64,000 bases of DNA, taken from the NCBI GenBank assembly GCA_965204735.1, contig OZ242008.1, forward strand, positions 2,688,001 to 2,752,000. The letters are read 5' to 3'. Within the stretch, counting starts at the first letter, position 1, and every line of letters begins with the position of its first letter. A program made the translations under genes and the position numbers. The DNA comes from Longimicrobiales bacterium. GTDB lineage: Bacteria; Gemmatimonadota; Gemmatimonadetes; Longimicrobiales; Gaopeijiaceae. Shown here in pieces: positions 8,641 to 17,796 of this stretch. The notes under the pieces were generated by a model. That model was not told the DNA's origin. It worked only from the letters and a program-made list of their open reading frames with translations, and did no database searches.

Positions 8641-9975
8641 ATGGCAACCGACACCATCGCCGAGATCGACCGACTGAAGGCCGAACTGGACAGCCTTCGT
8701 CCTCTGTCGCCGGACGCGGTCGGCCGCTTGACGCAGAAGTTGCGGATCGAGTGGAACTACCACTCCAACGCCATTGAAGGGAACGCTCTGACCCTGGGCG
8801 AGACGCGGACACTGATCCTCCACGGCCTCACCGCTCGCGGCAAGCCTATGCGGGACCACTTGGACATCGAAGGCCACGACGACGCTGTGAAGGCGGTCGA
8901 GGAGGCGGTTGGAGAGGGCGACGCGCTCAACCAAGCCTTCGTTCGCAATCTGCACAGAGTCCTCCTGAAGGAGCCCTACGAGATGCCCGCCGAAGCCCCC
9001 GACGGGCGACGCGCAATGCGGCCTATCGCGGTCGGCCAGTACAAGGAAATGCCCAACAACGTGCGGACGCAGACGGGCGAGATGCATTTCTTTGCACCAC
9101 CGGAGCAGGTCCAGCCGATGATGAGCGACTTGATCGACTGGTACCGGGCCAAGGAGGCCGAGGGCGAACACCCCATCGTCGTAGCGGCCACTTTCCACTA
9201 CCGCTTCGTCCAGATTCATCCATTCGACGACGGGAACGGCCGCATGGCTCGTCTATTGATGAACTTGGTCCTGATGAGGCACGGGTACACCATCGCCATG
9301 GTCCAGCGAGACGGCCGGGATCGATACATCGCCGAGATCGAGCAGGCGCAGGCGACGGGGAGCCTAGCCGGGTTCATTCGGTACATCGCCGAGTGCTGCC
9401 GGTACAGCCTGGAGCTGCACTTGCGAGCCGCTCGCGGACAACCCATGGAAGAGCCCGACGACATCGACCGTGAGATCGCCGTCTTCAAGCGCTCGATGGT
9501 TGCGGCCTCGAGCGGAAGCGTCCCGGTTCAGGTTTTTGTCGCAGACGTTCTGCTTCCTCTGTACAGCTACTTGCAAGAAAAGGCAGGATCGCTGGCGGCA
9601 CTCTTTTCCAGCAGCGGCATTGGAGGGACGCTGACGACAGTTGGGAAAGAGGGAGAGCCACAAGAGGTACAGTTACCTTTCACCGGCAAGCTAGATGACC
9701 TTCCCCAGAACGCGATGTCTTTGCGGGTGTTTTTTGCTGCCGACCTGGATGGTTTTCGGACAAGTGGGCTAGGCTTGTCCTTAGCGGTAACGCGAACAGA
9801 AGACGGCGAGTGGACGCTTAACGTCTCTAGCGCTGACCTGACGGATAGAACCAAGAAGCTTATCACGGCTTCCCACGCCGGCGACGACCTTGGTGAACTC
9901 AAGAAGTGCGTCAACGTCGTCATGCGACAGCTCATGGCGGCGCTCAAGCAGGTGCACGACCAATCTCGTTCCTAA
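8641..9975 (+). CDS. Fic family protein (class II, N-terminal inhibitory helix) with unknown C-terminal domain
   Basis: Fic motif HPFDDGNGRMAR and inhibitory SNAIEGN motif. The C-terminal third looks less GC-rich. Confidence 0.9.
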   Translation: MATDTIAEIDRLKAELDSLRPLSPDAVGRLTQKLRIEWNYHSNAIEGNALTLGETRTLILHGLTARGKPMRDHLDIEGHDDAVKAVEEAVGEGDALNQAFVRNLHRVLLKEPYEMPAEAPDGRRAMRPIAVGQYKEMPNNVRTQTGEMHFFAPPEQVQPMMSDLIDWYRAKEAEGEHPIVVAATFHYRFVQIHPFDDGNGRMARLLMNLVLMRHGYTIAMVQRDGRDRYIAEIEQAQATGSLAGFIRYIAECCRYSLELHLRAARGQPMEEPDDIDREIAVFKRSMVAASSGSVPVQVFVADVLLPLYSYLQEKAGSLAALFSSSGIGGTLTTVGKEGEPQEVQLPFTGKLDDLPQNAMSLRVFFAADLDGFRTSGLGLSLAVTRTEDGEWTLNVSSADLTDRTKKLITASHAGDDLGELKKCVNVVMRQLMAALKQVHDQSRS

Positions 9976-10168
9976 ACCCCAGGCGAACCAGCATCGCCAT
10001 CGTCGGAAAGCAAGCGACTTCCCCGAGGGCGACGGGACTTCCGGCAACCGCGTCCGCCGTGCGTCCGCGAAGCTCCTGTGCGACAGCGCCACGAGCCAAG
10101 AAGCAGGTCAAGGCTGCAAGAGTCCACAAATACGGCCAACGACCTTGCTGTCGGCCCGCAGTTCACCG

Positions 10169-10906
10169 TCATCCTGGCGGGTTCCAGTGCGTCTTCCAGT
10201 CAAAGTCGGACGTGAACAGATACACCCGTGCACCTCCTTCCCGCACGGTGACGACCATGGCGATCGACTCCATGTCGACGCTGTCGATGTGTTCGTTGGG
10301 CACCATGCGTCCGTCCACGTACAGCTGGCCGCATCTGTCGAACAGAGCAAGCACGCACACGCGACGAGCGTGGGACACGGGAATGTACAGCCAGCGCAGC
10401 ATCCCTGTGTTGTTCTTGCTCCTCGTCTTGGCCTCCTCCAGTCGGGCGCCCCGGATCAGTCGGAAGCCCTTCTTGGCGTTCGGATGGCCGCCAAGCTCGC
10501 GACTCAGCCAGTTCTCGGCGGTCTGCCGACCCGTGAACACGTCCAGGCCTTGAAGCGGAACCGCTTCGGGCTGGGCCTCCAACTCCACGTCGTACGTCGT
10601 CCCTTCCGTGACCGCTAGCAGCGGCGACCGGACGGTCGTGTAGCCGATGCGCTGCACGGCGACGTAGTACTCGCCGCCACCGGGCGCCTCCAGCACGAAA
10701 CGGCCCTCGGAATCGGACTGCGCGGCCACGACCGGCAGTTCGTCTCGACCCAGCAACGCGACTTCCGCGAAAGCTATCGGTCCCCCTGTCCACACGTCCG
10801 ACGCGCGTCCTTGAATTCTTTGCGCCGCAACATCGTGAACCATGCCGACGAGGTGCAGGACGGCGCAAGCGACCAAACCGCCCCTTGCCGCAGACGTTGT
10901 GGTCAC
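10169..10906 (-). CDS. Secreted carboxypeptidase-regulatory-like domain protein
   Basis: Signal-like ...VAAQ, then IQGRASD..TGGPIAFAEV..SDSEGRF..RIGY. GTG start overlaps the upstream stop (GTGA). Confidence 0.7.
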   Translation of the reverse strand: MTTTSAARGGLVACAVLHLVGMVHDVAAQRIQGRASDVWTGGPIAFAEVALLGRDELPVVAAQSDSEGRFVLEAPGGGEYYVAVQRIGYTTVRSPLLAVTEGTTYDVELEAQPEAVPLQGLDVFTGRQTAENWLSRELGGHPNAKKGFRLIRGARLEEAKTRSKNNTGMLRWLYIPVSHARRVCVLALFDRCGQLYVDGRMVPNEHIDSVDMESIAMVVTVREGGARVYLFTSDFDWKTHWNPPG

Positions 10907-12147
10907 GGATCCCGTCGCAGTCGATGGACGCGCGGGTGCTCGACCCCCAGCGAGTCCGTCCACACGCCGATCACCAGATCTCCCTCCACGCTCATGACCT
11001 GCAACCCCTCCATCACGTCCACCTTTCCAAGCCACGTACCGGTGGAATCCAACACTTGCCAGACCTCCGGTCCTCCCTGCTCGCTCCGGCCCAGGTACGG
11101 ACGCAGCCAGATCGCGGCTTCCGCGTCCACCCGGACTTGTGCGTATGCGGGACGCTTCTCGGGATCCGGCAGTTGAGCGACGATCTGACGCATGAGAGGG
11201 TGCGGATCGACGCCCAAGCGAGCGGCGCGTTCGGCAGCGACGACGTCCTGCGTCAGGTCCAGTGGGTAGTCGACCAACCGGAGTATGCGCAACAGCCTAC
11301 CCGACGGAGCCAGCTCCTCGACCTGCATCGCGTTCCCGTTGCCGCGAAAGATCGCATTGCCATGGGTGGCAACGTGCGCCCTCCGGCCGAAGATCGGCAC
11401 GGCTGCCCCGCTGGGTCCGCCTTCCACGGCGAACATGTACTCCTCGTAGCCCGCGGTTCGGCCGATGCTGTCCAGTCGCGTACCGCCGATGTCGTACCGC
11501 CAGAGCGCGTTGGGACGTCGAATCATTCCGCCGGAGCCTTGGTACTCGACCATGGACGCATAGCCGGACACGACCACGACCTCCGCGTCCCCCAACGCAT
11601 GAATGGAGACCACGTAGCCCGGCAAGCGGACGACTCGTGCCAAAGCTCCGTCCGGTCCAAGAACCGTCATGCGCCCGTCGTAGTCGAGCACAAGCAACGT
11701 GTCGGACGTGGTCCGGGAGACGCCCCGTATGTTGGTGAACTCGCCCGGGCCCTCGCCTTCTCGGCCCGTAGCAGTACGGAACTTGCCGTCGGGCGAATAG
11801 AAGCGGACTTCGTGCGACCCGCCGTTCGCAACCGCGATGGAGCCGTCCGACAAGCGGACCACACCGCGTACCCGGTCGAACGTGTGCGGGCTGCCCGTGC
11901 CGGACGCCGCCAAGTCGAGGACAGGCGCGGGGTCGATGTGCCACTTGCTCGAATCCCCCCAAGCCGGGCGACTGCTCTCCACGATGCGGACGCCGGCGCT
12001 GTCCCGCCGTTCGACCTCGAAAGGCCGGGCGTTCCCTGCATCGCCGGAACACGCCGCAAGAAGCGCGGCTGACAGCGCCGGCCAGGATGTCCGTCGGGCG
12101 AAGCGGCTGGTCGTCGGGCGACTCGATTGGCTGGCTTCATGAACCAT
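10903..12147 (-). CDS. 6-bladed beta-propeller (NHL-like) lipoprotein
   Basis: Lipobox LAAC, RDSAGVRIVES, GREGEGPGEF motif. Confidence 0.75.
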   Translation of the reverse strand: MVHEASQSSRPTTSRFARRTSWPALSAALLAACSGDAGNARPFEVERRDSAGVRIVESSRPAWGDSSKWHIDPAPVLDLAASGTGSPHTFDRVRGVVRLSDGSIAVANGGSHEVRFYSPDGKFRTATGREGEGPGEFTNIRGVSRTTSDTLLVLDYDGRMTVLGPDGALARVVRLPGYVVSIHALGDAEVVVVSGYASMVEYQGSGGMIRRPNALWRYDIGGTRLDSIGRTAGYEEYMFAVEGGPSGAAVPIFGRRAHVATHGNAIFRGNGNAMQVEELAPSGRLLRILRLVDYPLDLTQDVVAAERAARLGVDPHPLMRQIVAQLPDPEKRPAYAQVRVDAEAAIWLRPYLGRSEQGGPEVWQVLDSTGTWLGKVDVMEGLQVMSVEGDLVIGVWTDSLGVEHPRVHRLRRDP

Positions 12148-12202
12148 GATGACCAACTTCCTCGCGAGCCGGTGGAGGCTCCAGTGCGTCGCCTCTCCCA
12201 GA

Positions 12203-14480
12203 GCCGGGCGGGGCGTCAGCCTGCTGGCAACCATGTGCAGCCCTCGGTGTCGATCCGGTAGGCGCGGACCAGCGTCTCCAGCCCGTCTTCGGATGCGTTC
12301 AGCCGGCGGTCGAGCAGGAACAGGGTGTCCCGAGCGACCGTGTGCACAGCGCGCATCTCCGTCCAGTGGGGCACCAGACCGTCCACGCAGGCGGTCTGCC
12401 GGTCGCGGGCGACGACGGTAACGTAAATGTTCCCGGAGATCGTTCCCGTGGGCTGCACGCCCTCCAGCACCTCGTCGTGGTGAATGACCACGGTCTCGCC
12501 GCTGCTTAGACGGTAGAATCCCCGAAGGATTGAGCTGAGTTCGAGGCCCGCCGACCTGAATCCCGAGTCGTCCAGCCGCTGCTGAATATCGTCGGGCACG
12601 CCTCGACGACGGACCGCCGGCACATGCAGGGTATCAAGCACGCGTCCGGCCGTGGTGGCGAGGTATGCCTCGTTCAGCCCCGACATCGCCACCAGCATGG
12701 TGTCCTTCCAAGCGACAACGCTGCCCATTGAATGGAATGCGACGAAGCGTCCGGTGCCCCCGTCCTGACGAGTGGCGGAGCGCACGTAGGGTTCCGGCAA
12801 CGGGACCATGTAAGCGATGGCGGAATCCGGATAGGGCCACACCGCTGCGATCGTCCTCTTCGCCACATCCCGCGACGCGAAGACCACACCGCGCGCCGTG
12901 ACCGAAGCGCCGCCCAGGCCAATCCGGCCAGAGTAGCGGTAGGCCCCCAGATAGTCCCCGTCGTCGCGGGAGAACAGCTGGAAGATGTCGCGTCGGTCGT
13001 CGGTGCCGACGATTACCGAATCGCCCAGAACAAACGTCGGTCCAAGGTCGGAGAACTCGCCGGGGCCGGGACCCGGACGGCCGTAGCTCTGGACGACGCG
13101 ACCGTCTCGCCCGAAGCGGAGCACTCGGTCTTCGAAGAAGTCAGAGACCAGGAACGACCCGTCCAGCGTGTCCACAACCAAGTTGAAAGGGTTGCCCAGG
13201 TAGACCCGGTCGGAGGCTTCAAGCGGGATGCTGTCCACCGGAAGGACCAACGGTCCCACCGACGGGTTGCCGACAACGACATCCGACCCGCTCCCGCACC
13301 CGATCACAAACACGGCACAGCAAGCTGCCGACAGCGCAGGCGATGGATGTGCGGCACGCATCGCCCCCGTTGTGCGTCTGTGGCCGCTGGACCCGGGGCG
13401 GGGCGTCAGCCTACCGGCAACCACATGCAGCCCTCGGTGTCGATCCGGTAGGCGCGGATCAGAGTCTCCAGCCCGTCTTCGGATGCGTTCAGCCGGCGGT
13501 CGAGCAGGAACAGCGTGTCGCGAGCGACCGTGTGCACGGCGCGCATCTCCGCCCAGTGGGGCGCCAGACCGTCCACGCAGGCGGTCTGCCGGTCGCGGGC
13601 GACGACGGTAACGTAAATGTCCCCGGAGATCGTCCCCGTGGGCTGCACACCCTTCAGCACCTCGTCGTGATGGATGACCACGATCTCCCCGCTGCCCAGA
13701 CGGTGGAATCCCCTGATGGCCGAGCTGAGTTCGAAGCCCGCCGATCTGAATCCCCAGTCGTCTAGCCGCTGCTGAATGTCGTCGGGCACGCCTCGACGCC
13801 GGACCGCCGGCACATGCAGGGTATCCAGCACGCGTCCGGCCGTGGTGGCGAGATATGCCTCGTTCAGCCCCGACATCGCCACCAGCATGGTGTCCTCCCA
13901 GGCGACGACGCTGCCCGCCGAACGAAATGCCGAATAGCGTCCGGTGCCCCCGTCCTGACGAGTGGCGGAGCGCACGTAGGGTTCCGGCAACGGGACCATA
14001 TAAGCCATGGCGGAATCCGGATAGGGCCACACCGCTGCGATCGTCTTCTTCGCCACATCCCGCGACGCGAAGACCACACCGAGCGCCGTGACCGAAACGC
14101 CGCCCAAGCCAATCCGGCCAGAGTAGCGGTAGGCCCCCAGATATTTCCCGTCGTCGTGGGAGAACAGCTGGAAGACCTTGCGTCGGTCGTCGGTGCCGAC
14201 GATTACCGAATCGTCCAGAACAAACGTCGGCCCAAGGTCGGAGAACTCGCCGGGGCCGGGACCCGGACGGCCGTACGTCTGGACGACGCGACCGCCCCGC
14301 CCGAAGCGGAGCACTCGGTCCTCGAAGAAGTCGGAGACCAGGAACGACCCGTCCAGCGTGTCCACGACCAAGCTGAAGGGGTTGCCCAGGTAGACCCGGT
14401 CGGAGGCTTCGAACGGGATGCTGTCCACGGGAAGGACCAACGGTCCCACCGGCGGGTTGCCGACGACATCCGGACCGCCA
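12203..14480. repeat. Tandem gene duplication, period ~1190 bp
   Basis: Long near-identical stretches, including the 3' flank gggcggggcgtcagcct. The two stop codons are 1190 bp apart. Boundaries approximate. Confidence 0.95.
12216..13361 (-). CDS. Beta-propeller lipoprotein, tandem copy 1
   Basis: MRAAHP...FVIGC lipobox, GRPGPGPGEF. Near-identical to 13406-14551. Confidence 0.8.
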   Translation of the reverse strand: MRAAHPSPALSAACCAVFVIGCGSGSDVVVGNPSVGPLVLPVDSIPLEASDRVYLGNPFNLVVDTLDGSFLVSDFFEDRVLRFGRDGRVVQSYGRPGPGPGEFSDLGPTFVLGDSVIVGTDDRRDIFQLFSRDDGDYLGAYRYSGRIGLGGASVTARGVVFASRDVAKRTIAAVWPYPDSAIAYMVPLPEPYVRSATRQDGGTGRFVAFHSMGSVVAWKDTMLVAMSGLNEAYLATTAGRVLDTLHVPAVRRRGVPDDIQQRLDDSGFRSAGLELSSILRGFYRLSSGETVVIHHDEVLEGVQPTGTISGNIYVTVVARDRQTACVDGLVPHWTEMRAVHTVARDTLFLLDRRLNASEDGLETLVRAYRIDTEGCTWLPAG

Positions 14481-14551
14481 CCGCACCCGGACGCAAGTGC
14501 GGCACAGCAGGCTGCTGGGAGCGCAAGACTTCCTTTGCATCCGGTCCACAT
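13406..14551 (-). CDS. Beta-propeller lipoprotein, tandem copy 2
   Basis: LASGC lipobox, GRPGPGPGEF. Paralogue of 12216-13361. Confidence 0.8.
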   Translation of the reverse strand: MWTGCKGSLALPAACCAALASGCGGGPDVVGNPPVGPLVLPVDSIPFEASDRVYLGNPFSLVVDTLDGSFLVSDFFEDRVLRFGRGGRVVQTYGRPGPGPGEFSDLGPTFVLDDSVIVGTDDRRKVFQLFSHDDGKYLGAYRYSGRIGLGGVSVTALGVVFASRDVAKKTIAAVWPYPDSAMAYMVPLPEPYVRSATRQDGGTGRYSAFRSAGSVVAWEDTMLVAMSGLNEAYLATTAGRVLDTLHVPAVRRRGVPDDIQQRLDDWGFRSAGFELSSAIRGFHRLGSGEIVVIHHDEVLKGVQPTGTISGDIYVTVVARDRQTACVDGLAPHWAEMRAVHTVARDTLFLLDRRLNASEDGLETLIRAYRIDTEGCMWLPVG

Positions 14552-14615
14552 CGGTCGTCCGAATCTATGTGCGATCCGGCCGTGGCCGCAAACCAGCCGC
14601 TTCCTCGGTCGCGGG

Positions 14616-15593
14616 CTACCGGGCGGCCAGCAGGGCGATCCCCGCGAACACCAGCGTCGCGCCCGCCGCGCGCACCTTGCCGAACCGCTCTCCCAGCAGC
14701 AGCCATCCCGCCAGAGCGCCGAAGACGACGCCCGACTCCCGGACCGCCCCCGCGTAGCTGACCGGCGCGATCCGGAACGCCTCGAGCACCAGCGCGTACG
14801 CGCCCAGGGTCATCGCGGCGACGGCGACGATGCGGAGCCAGTCGGTGCGGAGCACGTGAAGGGCGCGGCTTCGGCCTTCCCGGCCGGGTTCGGGGCCGGC
14901 GGCGCGGCTGGGCTCGGCGCCCGCGGCGCGGCCGGGCTCAGCGCCGCCGCGACCGGCCAGCGTCTCCCGCAGCGCGAGCAGGGGCACCAGGACCGACCCC
15001 GAGAGCGCGAACACCAGCACCAAGTACGGCAAGGGGGACCAGTGGCGGACGCCGGCCGCATCCACGGCCGTGTACACCGAGACCAGCAGCGCCACGAGGA
15101 ACGCGACGCCGGCGCCCCGAGCGTGAAAGCGGAGCGCTCGCAGCCGCGAGCCCCCGCCCTTTGCCTGCGCCGCGTCCGCCGCCAGCCACAGCGGCGCGCC
15201 GCCCACAACCGCCAGTCCCGCCAGGATCGTCGCGATGCCCGCGAGCCCAAGGGCGGACGGCCGCTCCCCCAGGAAGAGCGCGGCCCAGAGCGTCAGCAGG
15301 GCGGGCGCCGCGCCCCGGGCGACCGGGTAGACGAGCGAGAAGTCGCCCCGTTCGTAGGCGCGGGCCAGGCAGGCGTAGTACCCCAGCAGCACCGTCGCGC
15401 TGGCGCAGGCGAACGGCCACACCGACGCCGGAACGGGCCACGCCGCGATCAGCGCCGGCGAGAAGATCGCCGCGCCCGCGAGCAGCCCCCACGCAGCAAC
15501 CAGGAGGCGGTCGGACGCGCCCTTGAGGATCAGGTTCCAGGTCGCGTGAAGTGCGCCTGCGCCCAGGGCCAGCGCCAGCGCGGTCAGGGACAT
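14616..15593 (-). CDS. EamA/DMT family transporter
   Basis: LHATWN, GDFSLVYPVARG, YTAVDA, SYAGAVRESGV, LLGER. Multiple hydrophobic segments. Confidence 0.9.
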   Translation of the reverse strand: MSLTALALALGAGALHATWNLILKGASDRLLVAAWGLLAGAAIFSPALIAAWPVPASVWPFACASATVLLGYYACLARAYERGDFSLVYPVARGAAPALLTLWAALFLGERPSALGLAGIATILAGLAVVGGAPLWLAADAAQAKGGGSRLRALRFHARGAGVAFLVALLVSVYTAVDAAGVRHWSPLPYLVLVFALSGSVLVPLLALRETLAGRGGAEPGRAAGAEPSRAAGPEPGREGRSRALHVLRTDWLRIVAVAAMTLGAYALVLEAFRIAPVSYAGAVRESGVVFGALAGWLLLGERFGKVRAAGATLVFAGIALLAAR

Positions 15594-15766
15594 CGAGACA
15601 GCGCAACCAGGGGGCGCGGAAGCGGGCGTCGGCCCCGCCCGGGATGCGCCAGCGCGGTCAGGGACATCGAGGCAGCGCGACGGGGCGCCCGCGCGGGAGG
15701 GGGTCCGGCCGAACCGGGCCAGCGTCTCCGTCCGTCCAGGGGCGCCCGCGCGGGAGGGGGTCCGGC
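15572..15766. repeat. Two pairs of short direct repeats upstream of EamA (36 bp x2 covering the start codon; 28 bp x2)
   Basis: gcgccagcgcggtcagggacatcgagRcagcgcRac at 15572 and 15646; ggggcgcccgcgcgggagggggtccggc at 15682 and 15739. Confidence 0.9.
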
Positions 15767-15826
15767 AAGCGACTGGGGCCCGGAGGCCGGCCTAGCGGGA
15801 CGGCGTGTCCAAAGCCGGCGCCTCGC

Positions 15827-17419
15827 CTACTCCGAGACCGGAGCCGACGCGCCCGAGGTTCGGTCGATGAACCGGTCCAAAGTCTCCTTCCACTGGGGCA
15901 GGAGGGACTGGTCCACGTACATCATGTGGCCCGCGGCGAAGTCGTCGCGGTGGACGTTGGCCCGCAGCTCGGGGGGCAAGCCCATGCGGTCGATCGTCCA
16001 CACCGCGGCGAAGTAGGGCGTCGCCAAGTCGTAGATGCCGTTGATCAGCAGGACTTCCAGCCGGGGGTTGCGCTTCATCGCCTCGGCCAGGTCGGGCGCG
16101 ACGTTGGGGGTTCCGCCGCCCCGCACGAAGGCGCCGCCAGCTCCTTGCCGCCCCCAGTTCCAGTCTCGGACTCCGCCGCTGGGCACGTACTCGCGGTCGC
16201 CGTCGTAGCCCAGCTCGGCGCGGACGTAGCTGTTGAACGCCGACGTGTACGCCGAGCTGATCGCGGTGGACTGGGGGTCGTGGGACGGACGAACTCCCAG
16301 CACGTCGCCGGCGGGACCGACGAAGCGGGAGTCGAGCCGGCCCACGATCTTGCCCTGGTCGCGCAGCAGCTCGGCCTCGAAGGCGGGGGCGGTCACGCGC
16401 AGGTCGGACTTCTCGATGAAGTCGCGGCTCAGGCCGGTGTAGCGGCGCATCTGCTCCGCCACGCGGGCGCGTGCGGCCGAATCCAACGTGGACCCCGCCA
16501 GGAGCGCGGTGGCGTACTCGGTGAGCGACCACTCCTCCACCTCCGCCATGAACGCCTCCAGGTCCTCCGGCCGGCCGTCGGGCAGGGCGTCCAGGTACCG
16601 GGCGGTCACCGCATACGAAGGCAGGTTGACGATGTACGGCAGGTCGTCGCCGGGGGCGAACTGGATCGTGTTGAACTGGAGGACCGAGGACACCAGCACG
16701 ATCCCGTTCAGGTCGATGTTGGCGCGCTGGAGGTGGCGGGCCAGCACCGCCGAGCGGGTCGTGCCGTAGCTCTCGCCCAGCAGGTAGCGGGGCGAGTTCC
16801 AGCGGTCGTGCTCGCTCAGGAAGCGGCGGACGAACTGGGCCAGCGAGCGGGCGTCCTCGTCGATTCCCCAGAAGTCGGCGCCCGGAGTGTCGCCCAAGGG
16901 CCGGCTGAAGCCGGTGCCGATCGGGTCCACCATCACCAGGTCGGCCTTGTCGAGGACCGTGTAGGCGTTGTCCTCCAGCGGGTACGGAGGCGCGCCCTGG
17001 GGACCGGCCTCGGGTGTGACCACCCGACGCGGACCCATGATCCCCATGTGGAGCCAGAACGACGCGGACCCGGGGCCGCCGTTGTAGGCGAAGACGAGGG
17101 GCCGCTCGCCGGAGGGCCGGCCGTTGGTGCGGAAGTAGGCCGTGTAGAAGAGCTCGGCGGCGGGAGCGCCGTCGGCGTCCTCCAAGAGCGTGCTGGCGAC
17201 CACGGCGTCGTAGGCGACGGTCTCGCCGCCGACCGCAATCGAGTGGCTGCTCTCCCAGCGGGCCGTTCCGATCTCGGCAACCGGCGCCGCTCCGCCTCGG
17301 GACGCGTCGTCGTTCTGGGCGGCGACCCAATCGGGAGCGACCAGAAGCCACGTTCCCAACAGCAGCGCCGCTCGTGCCCCCCGCCACCCGTCTCGTCCCA
17401 TCGGCAAGCTTCGTCCCAT
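15827..17419 (-). CDS. S10 family serine carboxypeptidase, secreted
   Basis: NGGPGS, DPIGTGFS, GESYG nucleophile, GIYDLATP, AGHMMY. Start is 17419 or 17401 (duplicated). Confidence 0.9.
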   Translation of the reverse strand: MGRSLPMGRDGWRGARAALLLGTWLLVAPDWVAAQNDDASRGGAAPVAEIGTARWESSHSIAVGGETVAYDAVVASTLLEDADGAPAAELFYTAYFRTNGRPSGERPLVFAYNGGPGSASFWLHMGIMGPRRVVTPEAGPQGAPPYPLEDNAYTVLDKADLVMVDPIGTGFSRPLGDTPGADFWGIDEDARSLAQFVRRFLSEHDRWNSPRYLLGESYGTTRSAVLARHLQRANIDLNGIVLVSSVLQFNTIQFAPGDDLPYIVNLPSYAVTARYLDALPDGRPEDLEAFMAEVEEWSLTEYATALLAGSTLDSAARARVAEQMRRYTGLSRDFIEKSDLRVTAPAFEAELLRDQGKIVGRLDSRFVGPAGDVLGVRPSHDPQSTAISSAYTSAFNSYVRAELGYDGDREYVPSGGVRDWNWGRQGAGGAFVRGGGTPNVAPDLAEAMKRNPRLEVLLINGIYDLATPYFAAVWTIDRMGLPPELRANVHRDDFAAGHMMYVDQSLLPQWKETLDRFIDRTSGASAPVSE

Positions 17420-17796
17420 CGGCAAGCTCTCCCATAGTTTCTGTGTGCGAATTCGGCTGTCGACGCGATGCGGCGACCAGCGTCCGGCCATGGGCCGTAC
17501 ACGCTTCGACACTATCGCCGCAACAGCGGAGCCCGCCAGGGATCGGTGCGCCAGACCACGCGCGACGACGAGGGCCAGGGCGATGTCGGGCACGAAGCGG
17601 CCGTCCGTCGCGCCCTCGCCTGCTGACGTGCGGCAGGGACCGTCCTTGGCTATCGTGGCAACGTGTCGGGGTGTTCCTTTTTTCCAGGAGGACGGAAACA
17701 GGTGACGGGCGACGGCAGGGGGAACACGGCTGGCCGCCGGAAGCGCCGCCCCGGGCAGCGTCCTCGGTACGTGCGCCCCGACGGCCAAGGCGGCGC

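Noticed and set aside
12216..14549. 777-aa ORF spanning both lipoprotein copies
   Set aside because: Its N-terminal half is an alternative, Arg/Gly-rich frame of copy 2. The real gene starts at 13361.
12216..14551. Diversity-generating retroelement template/variable repeat pair
   Set aside because: Whole genes are duplicated, the differences are not restricted to adenines, and no reverse transcriptase is present in the window.
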